Of a DNA stretch of 32,000 nt, positions 9,854 to 18,967 are shown piece by piece. The notes beneath the pieces are model-generated. The model made no database searches. It was not told where the DNA came from and was given only the letters and a program-made list of their open reading frames with translations. Every line of letters starts with the position of its first letter. Positions within the stretch are counted from its first letter, which is position 1. Made by a program: the position numbers and the translations under genes. Source of the DNA: Pyrodictium delaneyi (lineage in GTDB: Archaea; Thermoproteota; Thermoprotei_A; Sulfolobales; Pyrodictiaceae); assembly GCF_001412615.1 (NCBI RefSeq), contig NZ_CP013011.1, positions 1,260,001-1,292,000 of the forward strand, given 5' to 3'.

Positions 9854-9928
9854 CCATCGGTATCCTAGAATTGCCGGAGAGGGTGTAATATTACTGGTAC
9901 TCCTGAAGCCTCGAGACTAGCCGGTGTA

Positions 9929-10595
9929 GTGCATCCTATGTCTACAGCACCAGTGTTTGACAGGCTATGGCGCCGCTACAACGACTGGTATACCCGTAAC
10001 CAGGTGCTCGCCGAGAACGAGCTACGTGCGGTAAGAGCCCTTGGGTCTCCGAGGCAGGGGGCTAGAGGTCGGCGTAGGCACAGGTTGGTTCGCATCCAGG
10101 CTCAGCGTCGAATACGGCGTGGATCCGAGCCCGGGGATGCTACGCGTAGCCCGTAGCCGTGGCGTGGAGGCAGTCCTCGGCGTCGGGGAGAATCTACCCT
10201 TCCGCAGCAATGTTTTCGACTACGTATTGCTCATTGTAACTCTCTGCTTTGTAGACGAGCCAGCAGCAGTGCTCCAGGAGGCAGCCCGTGTAGCAAAGCC
10301 GGGCGGCGCCGTAGCAGCCTGCATCGTGCCACGCGACAGCATGTGGGGCCGCTACTACATGGAGCAACGCCGTAACAACCCCTTCTACGCCGTAGCCAGA
10401 TTCTACACAGTCAGGGAGATAGAAGCCATTATGCGGGAGGCAGGGCTAATAGTGGAGGCCTACAGCTCGGTTCTCCGATTCCCGCCATGGGCCGAGCCCC
10501 GCGTCGAGGAGCCGGAGCCCACGCCCAAAGGAGGCTTCGTATGCATAAAGGCTAGGAGGAGCCAGCCTCTCCCCCGAGCCGCTTTAGCGCGTTAA
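9929..10595 (+). pseudogene. Class I SAM-dependent methyltransferase (type 11-like) interrupted by a frameshift at a G5 run
   Basis: The N-terminal part (FDRLWRRYNDWYTRNQVLAENELRAVRALGSPRQG) is in the frame of ORF 9929. Motif I onward (GLEVGVGTGWFASRL ... VAKPGGAVAACI) is in the frame of ORF 10041. Deleting one G from ggggg at 10057-10061 joins them as ...SPRQGLEVGVGTG... Confidence 0.7.
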
Positions 10596-11148
10596 TGTAG
10601 GCCACGACGTGGCTAGCGAGGTAGCTGCAAGGCCCGATGCTCGCGTAGCCGTCAACTGGCAAACCCTCCGGTGGATCGACGCGGAGCCCCAGCAGGTACA
10701 TGGTGCCGGGAACGTGACCCTGTAGTCTCTCCCCCTTCTCGCTGAGTTGGAGCACTCGGTACCCCTGGCCCCGGAGCATCTCTAGCAGCTCTGGGAGCCG
10801 GGGCGCAGGCTCGACTCGGTGGCAGACCTGGCCTCGGAGTGCCTGGACGAGTACCTCCCCGGACTCGTGCTCGTAGATCATCACATCCGGGAGGCAGCCC
10901 GGCTCGAAAACAAGCAGGAGGGGTTCATCGGAGTCCAGGTAGACAAGGAGAGCACTATCTCTCTCCAATGTGCCCCCGGGATAGAGTGCCGCGAGAAGTA
11001 CACGTGCGGCGATATCCAGGCGGCCGTAGCCCACGAGGCCTTTCCACCGCCGGGGCGGAGGCCCCTCCGGCCGCCTCCCATAGGCGATCCAGACAGTATC
11101 AAGCGACCCGGTAGAGACGGAGTCTAGGATCTTGCTGGAAATGGTCAA
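10552..11148 (-). CDS. SPOUT-class methyltransferase, TrmY-like (tRNA pseudouridine54 N1-methyltransferase family)
   Basis: GYGRLDIAARVLLAAL resembles the GRLDLLCRC motif of TrmY. The C-terminal block MYLLGLRVDPPEG ... ASIGPCSYLASHVVAYINALKR fits the SPOUT knot region. I place the start at TTG 11148, because the longer ORF to 11406 overlaps rps26e and its N-terminus looks non-coding. Confidence 0.5.
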   Translation of the reverse strand: MTISSKILDSVSTGSLDTVWIAYGRRPEGPPPRRWKGLVGYGRLDIAARVLLAALYPGGTLERDSALLVYLDSDEPLLLVFEPGCLPDVMIYEHESGEVLVQALRGQVCHRVEPAPRLPELLEMLRGQGYRVLQLSEKGERLQGHVPGTMYLLGLRVDPPEGLPVDGYASIGPCSYLASHVVAYINALKRLGGEAGSS

Positions 11149-11315
11149 ACCCTGGCAGCCCCCATGGTTGGTGGAGCTGACCGTAACGGGGGCACATATA
11201 GGAGGTGAGTATCGGTCTAACGAGATCAGTCTAGGGTTCCTGCCAAAAACCTGGGGAGCGGAGGCCCCCGCAGGGGCGTAGAGTAGACTGTACGTGGGAT
11301 GGCTGAGAAGAGGCC

Positions 11316-11606
11316 TTAGATTACTGGGCCACGTACGGCCTTGCGCTCCTCTTCGGGCCTGACCTTTACTAGGCCGTAGTGGACAGCGCAGCTGACACAG
11401 TAGCACTTCTCTACAGGATACCTCATTATGATGGCGCCTCTCTTTTCAAGCTCGCGGGCTAGCTGGGGGTCTACTGGGGTGTACCACCTGGTGACACAGA
11501 TCGCCTTGTCGCGGGGGATTATCCTGCCGCAGTTGTCGCACTGAACAGTGCGGGTGTGTCCCTTGGATCCCTTGTGCCTACCCCTGTTCTGCCTCTTCTT
11601 GGGCAT
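11316..11606 (-). CDS. rps26e: 30S ribosomal protein eS26
   Basis: MPKKRQNRGRHKGSKGHTRTVQCDNCGRIIPRDKAI ... YCVSCAVH has the basic N-terminus and the CxxC...CxxC zinc ribbon characteristic of S26e. Confidence 0.9.
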   Translation of the reverse strand: MPKKRQNRGRHKGSKGHTRTVQCDNCGRIIPRDKAICVTRWYTPVDPQLARELEKRGAIIMRYPVEKCYCVSCAVHYGLVKVRPEEERKAVRGPVI

Positions 11607-11931
11607 CCTAGCCCCCATGCACCCCAGAGGGCAGCTGCCGCCTATTTAACTAGCCCGCCCCGGTAGCGGCTACGAACGGGAAGAGATGGATAATACGCAT
11701 ATATGCCAACGGCTAGGTGTAATAGTCAGCAACGTCTTCCATGCATTCTGATATACTACGCTACATTACAACTTATTATAATGCTGCGTCCCCGGCTTAG
11801 CTAGGCTAGCTTGTCTATCGCGTCTCCTACAGTGTGTAGAGTGCCAACTATATAGCTGAAGAGGGTTATACCTGCCTTCCATACGGGGCTCTAGGGCCTC
11901 TACCGGGATGCGCTGAGGGAAGGGAGCGACG

Positions 11932-13464
11932 GTGAGCGTCTGTACAAGCATTAAGAGCTTCAAGGACCCGGTCCATGGGTATGTCGACCTCTGCGGTAGG
12001 GTAGCAGGAGTCGTTGATACCTGGATAGTGCAGAGGCTCCGCGGGATAAGGCAGACAGCGTTCGCCTACCTTGTGTACCACGGTATGGAGCATAGCAGGT
12101 TCAATCACAGCCTCGGCTCAGCCCACCTAGCCCGCGAGGTCCTCCACTTCCTCGCGGGGAACACGAGGCTATACTATCGTAGCGCAGGCGGCCCCGAGCT
12201 GGCGGGCTACCTGCTCCGCGCAGAGGAGGTCTTCCAGCTAGCAGCCCTAGTCCACGATGCTGGTCACTTACCCTATAGTCACTCGAGCGAGGCGGGCATT
12301 ACCGAGGCGAGGCTCATCTACCGGATAAAGGGGTTCGATAGGCTCCCCCTGCGCCATGAGGCGTACACCTATAGCCTACTCCCCCACGTGGCCAGGGAGG
12401 CCGAGGAGCGCGGCGTAGAGCCGGTATTCACCGGCAGCGTGGCAGGAGACCTCGGCCTCATCCTCCGGGGCTCGGCGGGAAGGCCGGAGGCCCGAGACCT
12501 GCTAAGCGAGTGCACAGCCAGTATACTGCACCAGCTGATAGCCGGCGGACTGGACGTAGACAGAATGGACTACCTTATCCGCGATAGCCTCTACGCGGGA
12601 GTCCGCTACGGCGTCTTCGACGTCGACCGGCTCATCAGGGTTCTCCTCGCGACGCCACTGCTACGCGAAGACGGGGACAGCCCCGGGCTTAGCCGGAACG
12701 CGTGCCGCGTCATGGTGCTCGATAAGGGTGTTAGTATAGTCGAGTCCTTCCTCCTCGCAAGGTTCTACATGTTCAGCGAGGTTTACCTCCACCGTGTAGT
12801 GGAGGCCTACAACTCGGTCTACGCCAGGCTCTTCAGCCTCCTAGCCCGCGACGGCCTGGTCTGCGTAGAGCAGGGCTGCGAGCTAGACATCCCCACGCCC
12901 CAGAGCATAGCGGAGGGGAGGAAGGAGGCGCTCGAGACCTGGAGGATGCTCGACGACACTACGATGTGGATGCTCATACGCCGCGTCTACAGGGGCCAGG
13001 CAAGGGCTAGCAAGGAGGCCCAGACGCTGGCAGGCATGCTAGTGGAGCGTCGCCACCCCAAGGTCTACCGGGTGTTAGAGTCGCGGAGCACCTGGGGCCT
13101 CTACACACGCTACCTAGAAGAGGCCGTGGCGCCGGACTGGGCGCGGCCACTACTGGACGAGCTCCTGGAGATGCAGCGGGAGAACCCCCTAGTGATGATA
13201 CGGCCCTTGCGTGTCGACCTCGTGAGTCTAGAGCAGCTTGGAGTCTACAGCCGGCAGCGCGGCGCCCCCGTAGAGCTCCACGAGGCCGGGACGGAGGCGC
13301 GCCAGGAGCTAGGCAGGCTACGGAGATTCGCAGACCTAGGCCCGGAGCTAGGGCTCTACAGGATAGCAGTATTCACGACCCCCGAGTATGAGGAACAGGC
13401 GGAGAAAGCCATGAAGATACTCCTGGGCCTCCAGAAGGAGCAGGAAAAGACAGCAAGAGCCTAG
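11932..13464 (+). CDS. HD-domain phosphohydrolase (COG1078/SAMHD1-like architecture)
   Basis: Motifs: N-terminal FKDPVHGYVDL, RFNHSLGSAHLA, ALVHDAGHLPYSH and GGLDVDRMDYLIRDSLYAGV. 510 aa. Confidence 0.8.
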   Translation: MSVCTSIKSFKDPVHGYVDLCGRVAGVVDTWIVQRLRGIRQTAFAYLVYHGMEHSRFNHSLGSAHLAREVLHFLAGNTRLYYRSAGGPELAGYLLRAEEVFQLAALVHDAGHLPYSHSSEAGITEARLIYRIKGFDRLPLRHEAYTYSLLPHVAREAEERGVEPVFTGSVAGDLGLILRGSAGRPEARDLLSECTASILHQLIAGGLDVDRMDYLIRDSLYAGVRYGVFDVDRLIRVLLATPLLREDGDSPGLSRNACRVMVLDKGVSIVESFLLARFYMFSEVYLHRVVEAYNSVYARLFSLLARDGLVCVEQGCELDIPTPQSIAEGRKEALETWRMLDDTTMWMLIRRVYRGQARASKEAQTLAGMLVERRHPKVYRVLESRSTWGLYTRYLEEAVAPDWARPLLDELLEMQRENPLVMIRPLRVDLVSLEQLGVYSRQRGAPVELHEAGTEARQELGRLRRFADLGPELGLYRIAVFTTPEYEEQAEKAMKILLGLQKEQEKTARA

Positions 13465-13776
13465 ACCCTACATCAACTACCTAATATTATCTCGTTTAGC
13501 GCATTCTAGCCCTTGACAGCCTTCACGACCGTTAGCGGTGCGAACTAAACGTATACATTTTGATCGTGTAGAGCCGTGACACGATGCTACACTACCTCAC
13601 TATTAATAGGAGGCCACTAAGAAACCTCAGAGCACATCATTCACGGGGATAGCCAGCGTCTTATCGTTAATCATACCCTGTTCTTTCAGCCTCCCCTGAC
13701 CCCGCCGCCCCGTCACGGGCCGTGCCGCTTAGATGGTGATACCACAGCAATAACCCCTCTAGGGGGCGCACTAGCC

Positions 13777-14058
13777 TTGGCTATAGGGCAGCACGCGACA
13801 GTACGCTACATAAGCCTCGTAGCAGCTATCGAGCGTGTACTGCGCGACCTCGGCGGCCGCGCGGAGATAGACACCCTGCTACGCGAGGTCTGGACACGCT
13901 ACGTAGAAGCTGGGAACGGGGAGCGCGTAGTAATGAGGCTATACCGCCACCCCAGCGGCAGGCTATGGAGCCCCGACGCAGAAGAGGCGTTACGCGTCCT
14001 AGAAGCAGCAGGGATAGTCGAGAGACAGGGTAGGACACTAGTCCTAAAAGCCGCCTAA
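13777..14058 (+). CDS. Small winged-helix protein (Mrr_N-like wHTH), function unknown
   Basis: 93 aa, TTG start. IERVLRDLGGRAEIDTLLREV ... ALRVLEAAGIVERQGRTLVL resembles stand-alone wHTH domains of the restriction-protein N-terminal type. Confidence 0.5.
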   Translation: MAIGQHATVRYISLVAAIERVLRDLGGRAEIDTLLREVWTRYVEAGNGERVVMRLYRHPSGRLWSPDAEEALRVLEAAGIVERQGRTLVLKAA

Positions 14059-14781
14059 CTATCTGTTTCTCATTCTACGCCTCAACAAGGCATAGGTAAA
14101 CGTGTATACTGCTAGGGAGGCCACAGCAGCCAGGGGGACAAGAGGCTGCAACGCCTCGTATAGGCCGGGGACCCCTCTGGGCACTGTTCCTAGCCCTCGA
14201 AGGCCTCCTATCAGTAGGCTCAGCGACCCTACAGCAGCAGTCAGTGCATGCAGCCTAGCGTTGAGAGACAAGTGTGCCAGCACATAGACGGCAAGGCCTG
14301 AGGCTGCAGCGGCTACGAGGACTGTCGCCACAGCTTGGTGGACACTGTAGAGGAGTATACGAACCCACCCGGCATAGTAGTTGGCGGTCACCCCGCCCCG
14401 GGGCACGCAGTCTTCGCGGAACCCCTGGGGCGTATACACATAGCCGCTGCCAGTACACTCGTAGACGTCCTCAGTCCCCTTGACGCGGCTGCACTCGAGC
14501 CCTGAAGTAAAGTGGTAACCGTGTAGCGTAACCGGCTCCTTGCTCGCATCCACAAATGTCTGGTTATAGGCGAGGCCCCAGACACGCATGGCTACATGGA
14601 ACCGGGAAAACGCGTAGTCGTCGAAGGCTAGTCTCTGTGGCTCCGGTATAGGCCTCTCCACGATATCTATAGAGAAACCACTACCAATCCAGAGGCCTAG
14701 GTAATAGAACACGACACTATACATCGCGAGGAACAGTACAACGAGGACGTGGTGCGACTCGAGCCTCAACGGCATATACAC
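14059..14781 (-). CDS. Membrane protein of unknown function: N-terminal TM, Cys-containing extracytoplasmic domain, C-terminal multi-TM region
   Basis: Hydrophobic segments VLVVLFLAMYSVVFYYLGLWIG, VATVLVAAAASGLAVYVLA, LTAAVGSLSLLIGGL and LVPLAAVASLAVYTFTYALL. Three Cys lie in the loop domain. The start could be ATG 14775. Confidence 0.6.
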   Translation of the reverse strand: MYMPLRLESHHVLVVLFLAMYSVVFYYLGLWIGSGFSIDIVERPIPEPQRLAFDDYAFSRFHVAMRVWGLAYNQTFVDASKEPVTLHGYHFTSGLECSRVKGTEDVYECTGSGYVYTPQGFREDCVPRGGVTANYYAGWVRILLYSVHQAVATVLVAAAASGLAVYVLAHLSLNARLHALTAAVGSLSLLIGGLRGLGTVPRGVPGLYEALQPLVPLAAVASLAVYTFTYALLRRRMRNR

Positions 14782-15161
14782 ACCCGTAGCGCCGAATAGA
14801 TAGTCCTAGTGTCCAGGCTTCAGTGCTAGGAGGCCCCGCGCTTATAATAGATGTTTCCGTGTAGCCCCGCGCCGAGCGCACTCTACTGCCATTCTGGGAG
14901 GCTAACATCTCGTGCAGCGCTGGAACGAGAAGATAGTCTACAACGATGCCACAGTTCACGACTATCCTTGGACTCTACCCCTGTTAGCATTAGGATGGTA
15001 GGATAGGTCGTGGACAAGGTAGATATGGGTAAAGAGGGTCAAGACAATGGGGATCGAGAATAATAATCACTTCTCCGTAGCTGGTAGCCGGGCTGATGAG
15101 ACTGACTTATAGTGTAAACCCGTGAAGCTCGGGCCTAAGGGAAGAAAACTAGAGGAATGTT

Positions 15162-16310
15162 CTAGCTCTTCCCAGCAGCTGTGTCTACTGGCAGACTACC
15201 AGTCTGCTGGGCTAGTAAGCCTAGCTTCTGCAGTTTCTCGACAGTCTTCTCGACTAGTGGTGTGCGTAACGGCTTCTCCGGTATCAGGCCCTGCGGCCTG
15301 TACAGCAACACAGCCACTATTATCAGGCCCATTATCACGTAGCGTAGGAATGGCAGCGCTGCTGCCACAGCGTCTGGTACGCTTATGCCGAGCGTCTCTA
15401 GCGCCGAGGTGTTGAGGAACACGTTTATCGCTGCTACTACGGCGGCACCGAGCAGCGCACCTATGTTGTTAGCAGCGCCGCCGAGCATCACGGCTACTAC
15501 GACTTCGAAGGTCCTCTCTGGCTTGAAGGTGTTCGCTTGCACGCTCCCAGAGTAGAATACTAGTAGTGCACCCGCTATCGCGGCCATGGCGGAGCCGACG
15601 GCTAGCACCTGGAGCCGGAGCCTGGCCACGTTGTAGCCGTAGACTTGCGCAGCTAGCTCGTCGTCCCTCATCGCCTTTAGGGCGCGGCCCCAGGGACTGT
15701 TAGCCAGCATCTCCGTATAGACGTAGAAGAATGCTGCGAATAGCAGCACGAGCATGGCGTACATTAGGTCTATCCTGGCCTTTACTGGGTACCAGGCGAA
15801 GGGTGTAGGTATAGCTGTGAGCCCGTTGAAGCTGCAGGCGGGCCACTGGCTGTTATACGCTATGAGTCGTACCACCTCGCCCATAGCTAGCAGGGTTATC
15901 GCTAGGAAGTCGCCGCCGAGCCGTAGTGTGGGATAGCTAGCGAGTATACCAGATACGGCACCGATGAGCCCAGCCGCTACCAGTGCTAGCGCGAATAGCT
16001 CGAGGTACTGGCCTGCCGTCAGCAGGTGCTGCGAGGCGGCGTTGGAGAGTATGTTGTAGGCCTCGGGGCTACAGTACACCGGGCCCTCAGTGCTAGCAGC
16101 TACCGCCACTCCAGCGCTCTGAGCGGCCCAGTGTAGCCCGAGCCATGCGGCTAGGGCGCCAGCAGTGTAGGCGCCGAGGCTCATGAACAGTACCTTACCG
16201 AAGTTCGGTACGCCGCCATAGCCGTACTCTAGGTTGAAGCTAAGGGATAGTATAGCGTAGACACCGAACCAGACAATCCACTGAGAGACTATACCCATTA
16301 CACCCTCCAT
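15162..16310 (-). CDS. livM: Branched-chain amino-acid ABC transporter permease (LivM type)
   Basis: 382 aa polytopic protein. It has SLGAYTAGALAA and the conserved region WGRALKAMRDDELAAQVYGYNV. It lies in a livG-F-H-M cluster. Confidence 0.85.
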   Translation of the reverse strand: MEGVMGIVSQWIVWFGVYAILSLSFNLEYGYGGVPNFGKVLFMSLGAYTAGALAAWLGLHWAAQSAGVAVAASTEGPVYCSPEAYNILSNAASQHLLTAGQYLELFALALVAAGLIGAVSGILASYPTLRLGGDFLAITLLAMGEVVRLIAYNSQWPACSFNGLTAIPTPFAWYPVKARIDLMYAMLVLLFAAFFYVYTEMLANSPWGRALKAMRDDELAAQVYGYNVARLRLQVLAVGSAMAAIAGALLVFYSGSVQANTFKPERTFEVVVAVMLGGAANNIGALLGAAVVAAINVFLNTSALETLGISVPDAVAAALPFLRYVIMGLIIVAVLLYRPQGLIPEKPLRTPLVEKTVEKLQKLGLLAQQTGSLPVDTAAGKS

Positions 16311-16313
16311 GGC

Positions 16314-17258
16314 TTACGCCCTCCTTCGGAGTGATAGCGACTCGAGCCTTATCACGCCCTCAGGCCGATACATGAGCACGATTATGAGCGCTACGAGGGC
16401 TATTACTGGGGCATAGGCTGTGCTTAGCCCAAGATACATGTTGGCTAGGAAGCTGATCACTTGTTCTGCTAGGCCTAGGAGCACACCGGAGATTATAGAG
16501 CCGTAGAACGTGAACCCGCCCATGGTCGCGGCGGCGAAGATCCAGAGTAGCATCAGCCAGCCGGACTCAGGGTTCACGTAATAGTAGTAGGCGTAGACGA
16601 AGCCGGCGAAGCCTGCTAATCCGCCGCCTATGAGCCAGGTTGTCCGCCTTATAGCATAGATGTTGATGCCAGAGACACGCGCTAGTACCGGATTGCTAGC
16701 AGTAGCTCTCATTGCTTTGCCTGTCCTGGTCCTCGTGAAGAGCCAGTGAAGAGCAATGGCAAATGCGGTTGCAGCACCCATTGCGAGTAGATGGCTAGTC
16801 TCTATCGATACTATGCCACCTATGCTTATGAGAGTACTGCTACGGACAGGTAGCGCTGCCTCTAGGAGCCCTGCTGCAGACGCTGCTATAGCTAGCAGGG
16901 AATAGCGGAGTACTAGTCCTACACCTATACTGGCTACCAGGAGGTGCAGTGGTGTAGCGCCTCTCTTCCATAGCGGCTTGAATGCGAGTTCATCGCTGGC
17001 TAGTGCTGCTATAGCACCTATTATCACGGCAGCGATGAGCGCTATTACCAGCTCAACACCATTGGCGCCAGCAGCTACTGCTGCCAGGTATGCAGCATAA
17101 GCTCCATAAGTTATGTACTCGGCGTATGCAAAGTTAGGGACCTTAGTTACGCGGAAGATCAAGGTAAGCCCGAGAGCCATGAGCCCGTAAAGACTTCCGA
17201 CGCGTAGCCCGTTCACTATTGCTCCGAGAACACCATAGAGTATCGCGGAGTCAACCAT
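16314..17258 (-). CDS. livH: Branched-chain amino-acid ABC transporter permease (LivH type)
   Basis: 314 aa. Motifs: GSLYGLMALGLTLIFRVTKVPNFAYAEY and TGKAMRATASNPVLARVSGIN. Confidence 0.85.
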   Translation of the reverse strand: MVDSAILYGVLGAIVNGLRVGSLYGLMALGLTLIFRVTKVPNFAYAEYITYGAYAAYLAAVAAGANGVELVIALIAAVIIGAIAALASDELAFKPLWKRGATPLHLLVASIGVGLVLRYSLLAIAASAAGLLEAALPVRSSTLISIGGIVSIETSHLLAMGAATAFAIALHWLFTRTRTGKAMRATASNPVLARVSGINIYAIRRTTWLIGGGLAGFAGFVYAYYYYVNPESGWLMLLWIFAAATMGGFTFYGSIISGVLLGLAEQVISFLANMYLGLSTAYAPVIALVALIIVLMYRPEGVIRLESLSLRRRA

Positions 17259-17287
17259 CGTGCGACACCTCCGTGTATCCGGATTTG

Positions 17288-18022
17288 TTAGCTGTGGTGT
17301 ATGCCGAGGAAGAGCTCCTGTAGATCACGGCGGGAAAGGATCTCCTGGCCTGTACCCTTGGCTGCAACCTGCCCGGCGACGAGTACATAACCACGGTCGG
17401 CTAGCTCGAGGGCACGACGAGCATGTTGCTCCACTATAAGTATAGAGGCGCCGGCCTCCTCGCGTATCTGCTTGAGCGACTCAAGAAGCTCTATAGCTAT
17501 CTTAGGAGCGAGGCCAGCGGTTGGCTCGTCGAGGAGTAGAAGCTTTGGCCTAGACATGAGCGCGCGGCCGACGGCCAGCATCTGGCGCTGGCCGCCACTA
17601 AGTGCGCCGGCTAGTGTCTTGCGGAACGACTTGAGCACAGGAAATATGTTGAACACTATCTCCATGGCTTCCCGAATCTTTTCTTCGTCTTTCTCCAGGT
17701 AAGCACCCATCTCTAGGTTCTCCTCTACAGTGAGGTCGGGGAACACGTTGTCGGTCTGCGGTACATAGCCCATGCCGAGCTTTGTCTTGGCCTCAGGCGG
17801 GAACCAGGTAACATCCTGGCCCTCGAATACAACTTTGCCGTCGAACACCTTGGCTACACCGTATATGGTCTTGAGAAGTGTACTCTTTCCGCTACCATTA
17901 GGCCCGACTAGTGCTACGATCTCGCCCCGCTCTATGTGGATGCTCACACCCTGGATAATCACCATTTTACCATAACCGCCGACGAGTTTCTCAGTGTATA
18001 GTATAGTATTCCGCGGCACCAC
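17288..18022 (-). CDS. livF: Branched-chain amino-acid ABC transporter ATP-binding protein (LivF type)
   Basis: Walker A GPNGSGKST, signature LSGGQRQMLAVGRAL, Walker B LLLLDEPTAGLAP. 244 aa. Confidence 0.9.
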   Translation of the reverse strand: MVPRNTILYTEKLVGGYGKMVIIQGVSIHIERGEIVALVGPNGSGKSTLLKTIYGVAKVFDGKVVFEGQDVTWFPPEAKTKLGMGYVPQTDNVFPDLTVEENLEMGAYLEKDEEKIREAMEIVFNIFPVLKSFRKTLAGALSGGQRQMLAVGRALMSRPKLLLLDEPTAGLAPKIAIELLESLKQIREEAGASILIVEQHARRALELADRGYVLVAGQVAAKGTGQEILSRRDLQELFLGIHHS

Positions 18023-18039
18023 GTCACACCTCCAGCCCT

Positions 18040-18810
18040 CTAGGCCGAGCCAAGGTAGGCATCGAGGACACGTGGGTCCTCCGCAACCTTCTCTGGGGGC
18101 CCCTCGACGAGCACACGGCCCTCGTGCATAACTATGACGCGTTCAACGTGGTTGAACAAGACCTCAAGTCTATGCTCAATAACGAATATTGTGAGCCCTT
18201 CACTGTTCAAACGCTCTAGCAGCTTAAAGATGTCCTGTGCGAGCTTAGGTGCTACTCCCGCTGTGGGCTCGTCGAGGAGGAGAATCCGTGCCTCACCCAT
18301 CAATGCGCGGGAGATATCGGTGAGCTTCATCTGCCCGCCGCTAATCTCTGAGGCACGGTTAAGCGCTACCCGGGTAAGCGAGAGCTTCTCTAGAACATCG
18401 TGGACGCGCTTTACTAGGCTCCTCTCCTCCCACTGTAGCCACTCCTTCCTTCTCAAAATAGCGGAGAAAGGACCGTCACCCCGGCGATCGCGGGCAGCGG
18501 TGGCAGAGTTCTCAACCACAGTCATCCCATGCCAGAGCCGGGGCACTTGAAAGCCTCGGACAAGCCCTCTCCGATACAGCTCGTAAGGTGGAAGTCCAGT
18601 AACTTTCTCACCATAGAGATAGACATCCCCACCATCAGGATGATAGATCCCTGAAATGACGTTGAAGAGTGTGCTTTTTCCACTACCATTAGGTCCTATT
18701 AGGCCGACAAACTCGCCCTCGCGAATAGATATAGAGACGCCATCTAGTGCACGAACGCCGCCAAAGTATTTGCGGAGGTCGACCGTCTTGAGTACTTCAA
18801 CGCCTGCCAA
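18040..18810 (-). CDS. livG: Branched-chain amino-acid ABC transporter ATP-binding protein (LivG type)
   Basis: FGGVRALDGVS, Walker A GPNGSGKST, signature ISGGQMKLTDISRAL, Walker B ILLLDEPTAGVAP. 256 aa. Confidence 0.9.
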   Translation of the reverse strand: MAGVEVLKTVDLRKYFGGVRALDGVSISIREGEFVGLIGPNGSGKSTLFNVISGIYHPDGGDVYLYGEKVTGLPPYELYRRGLVRGFQVPRLWHGMTVVENSATAARDRRGDGPFSAILRRKEWLQWEERSLVKRVHDVLEKLSLTRVALNRASEISGGQMKLTDISRALMGEARILLLDEPTAGVAPKLAQDIFKLLERLNSEGLTIFVIEHRLEVLFNHVERVIVMHEGRVLVEGPPEKVAEDPRVLDAYLGSA

Positions 18811-18943
18811 TACTGCATCCCTCCAGCCATAGCTCGCAAACTAATCATGAATCCTATACCGCTCTATGGGGCTCTGAAAACACCACAGGCATCCAAGCCT
18901 TGTGGTGCGTGATGCAGCTCATAGGGGTGATGTGGTGACGCTA

Positions 18944-18967
18944 GAGAGGCCCTACATAGGGCCTCTC
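18944..18967 (-). promoter_or_regulatory. Perfect GC-rich 10-bp hairpin (gagaggccct-acat-agggcctctc) in the 412-nt spacer between the binding-protein gene and livG
   Basis: Both arms were read directly from the sequence and are perfectly complementary. On the minus strand the hairpin falls inside the presumed operon transcript. Confidence 0.4.

Noticed and set aside
11149-11406. N-terminal 86 codons of the long ORF 10552..11406
   Set aside because: This part overlaps rps26e and looks non-coding (Pro/Arg/Ser-rich). The TrmY-like homology begins after an in-frame TTG at 11148.
15093-15099. CTGATGA followed by CTGA downstream of livM
   Set aside because: The boxes are only 2 nt apart and the C box is imperfect, so no guide region is possible.
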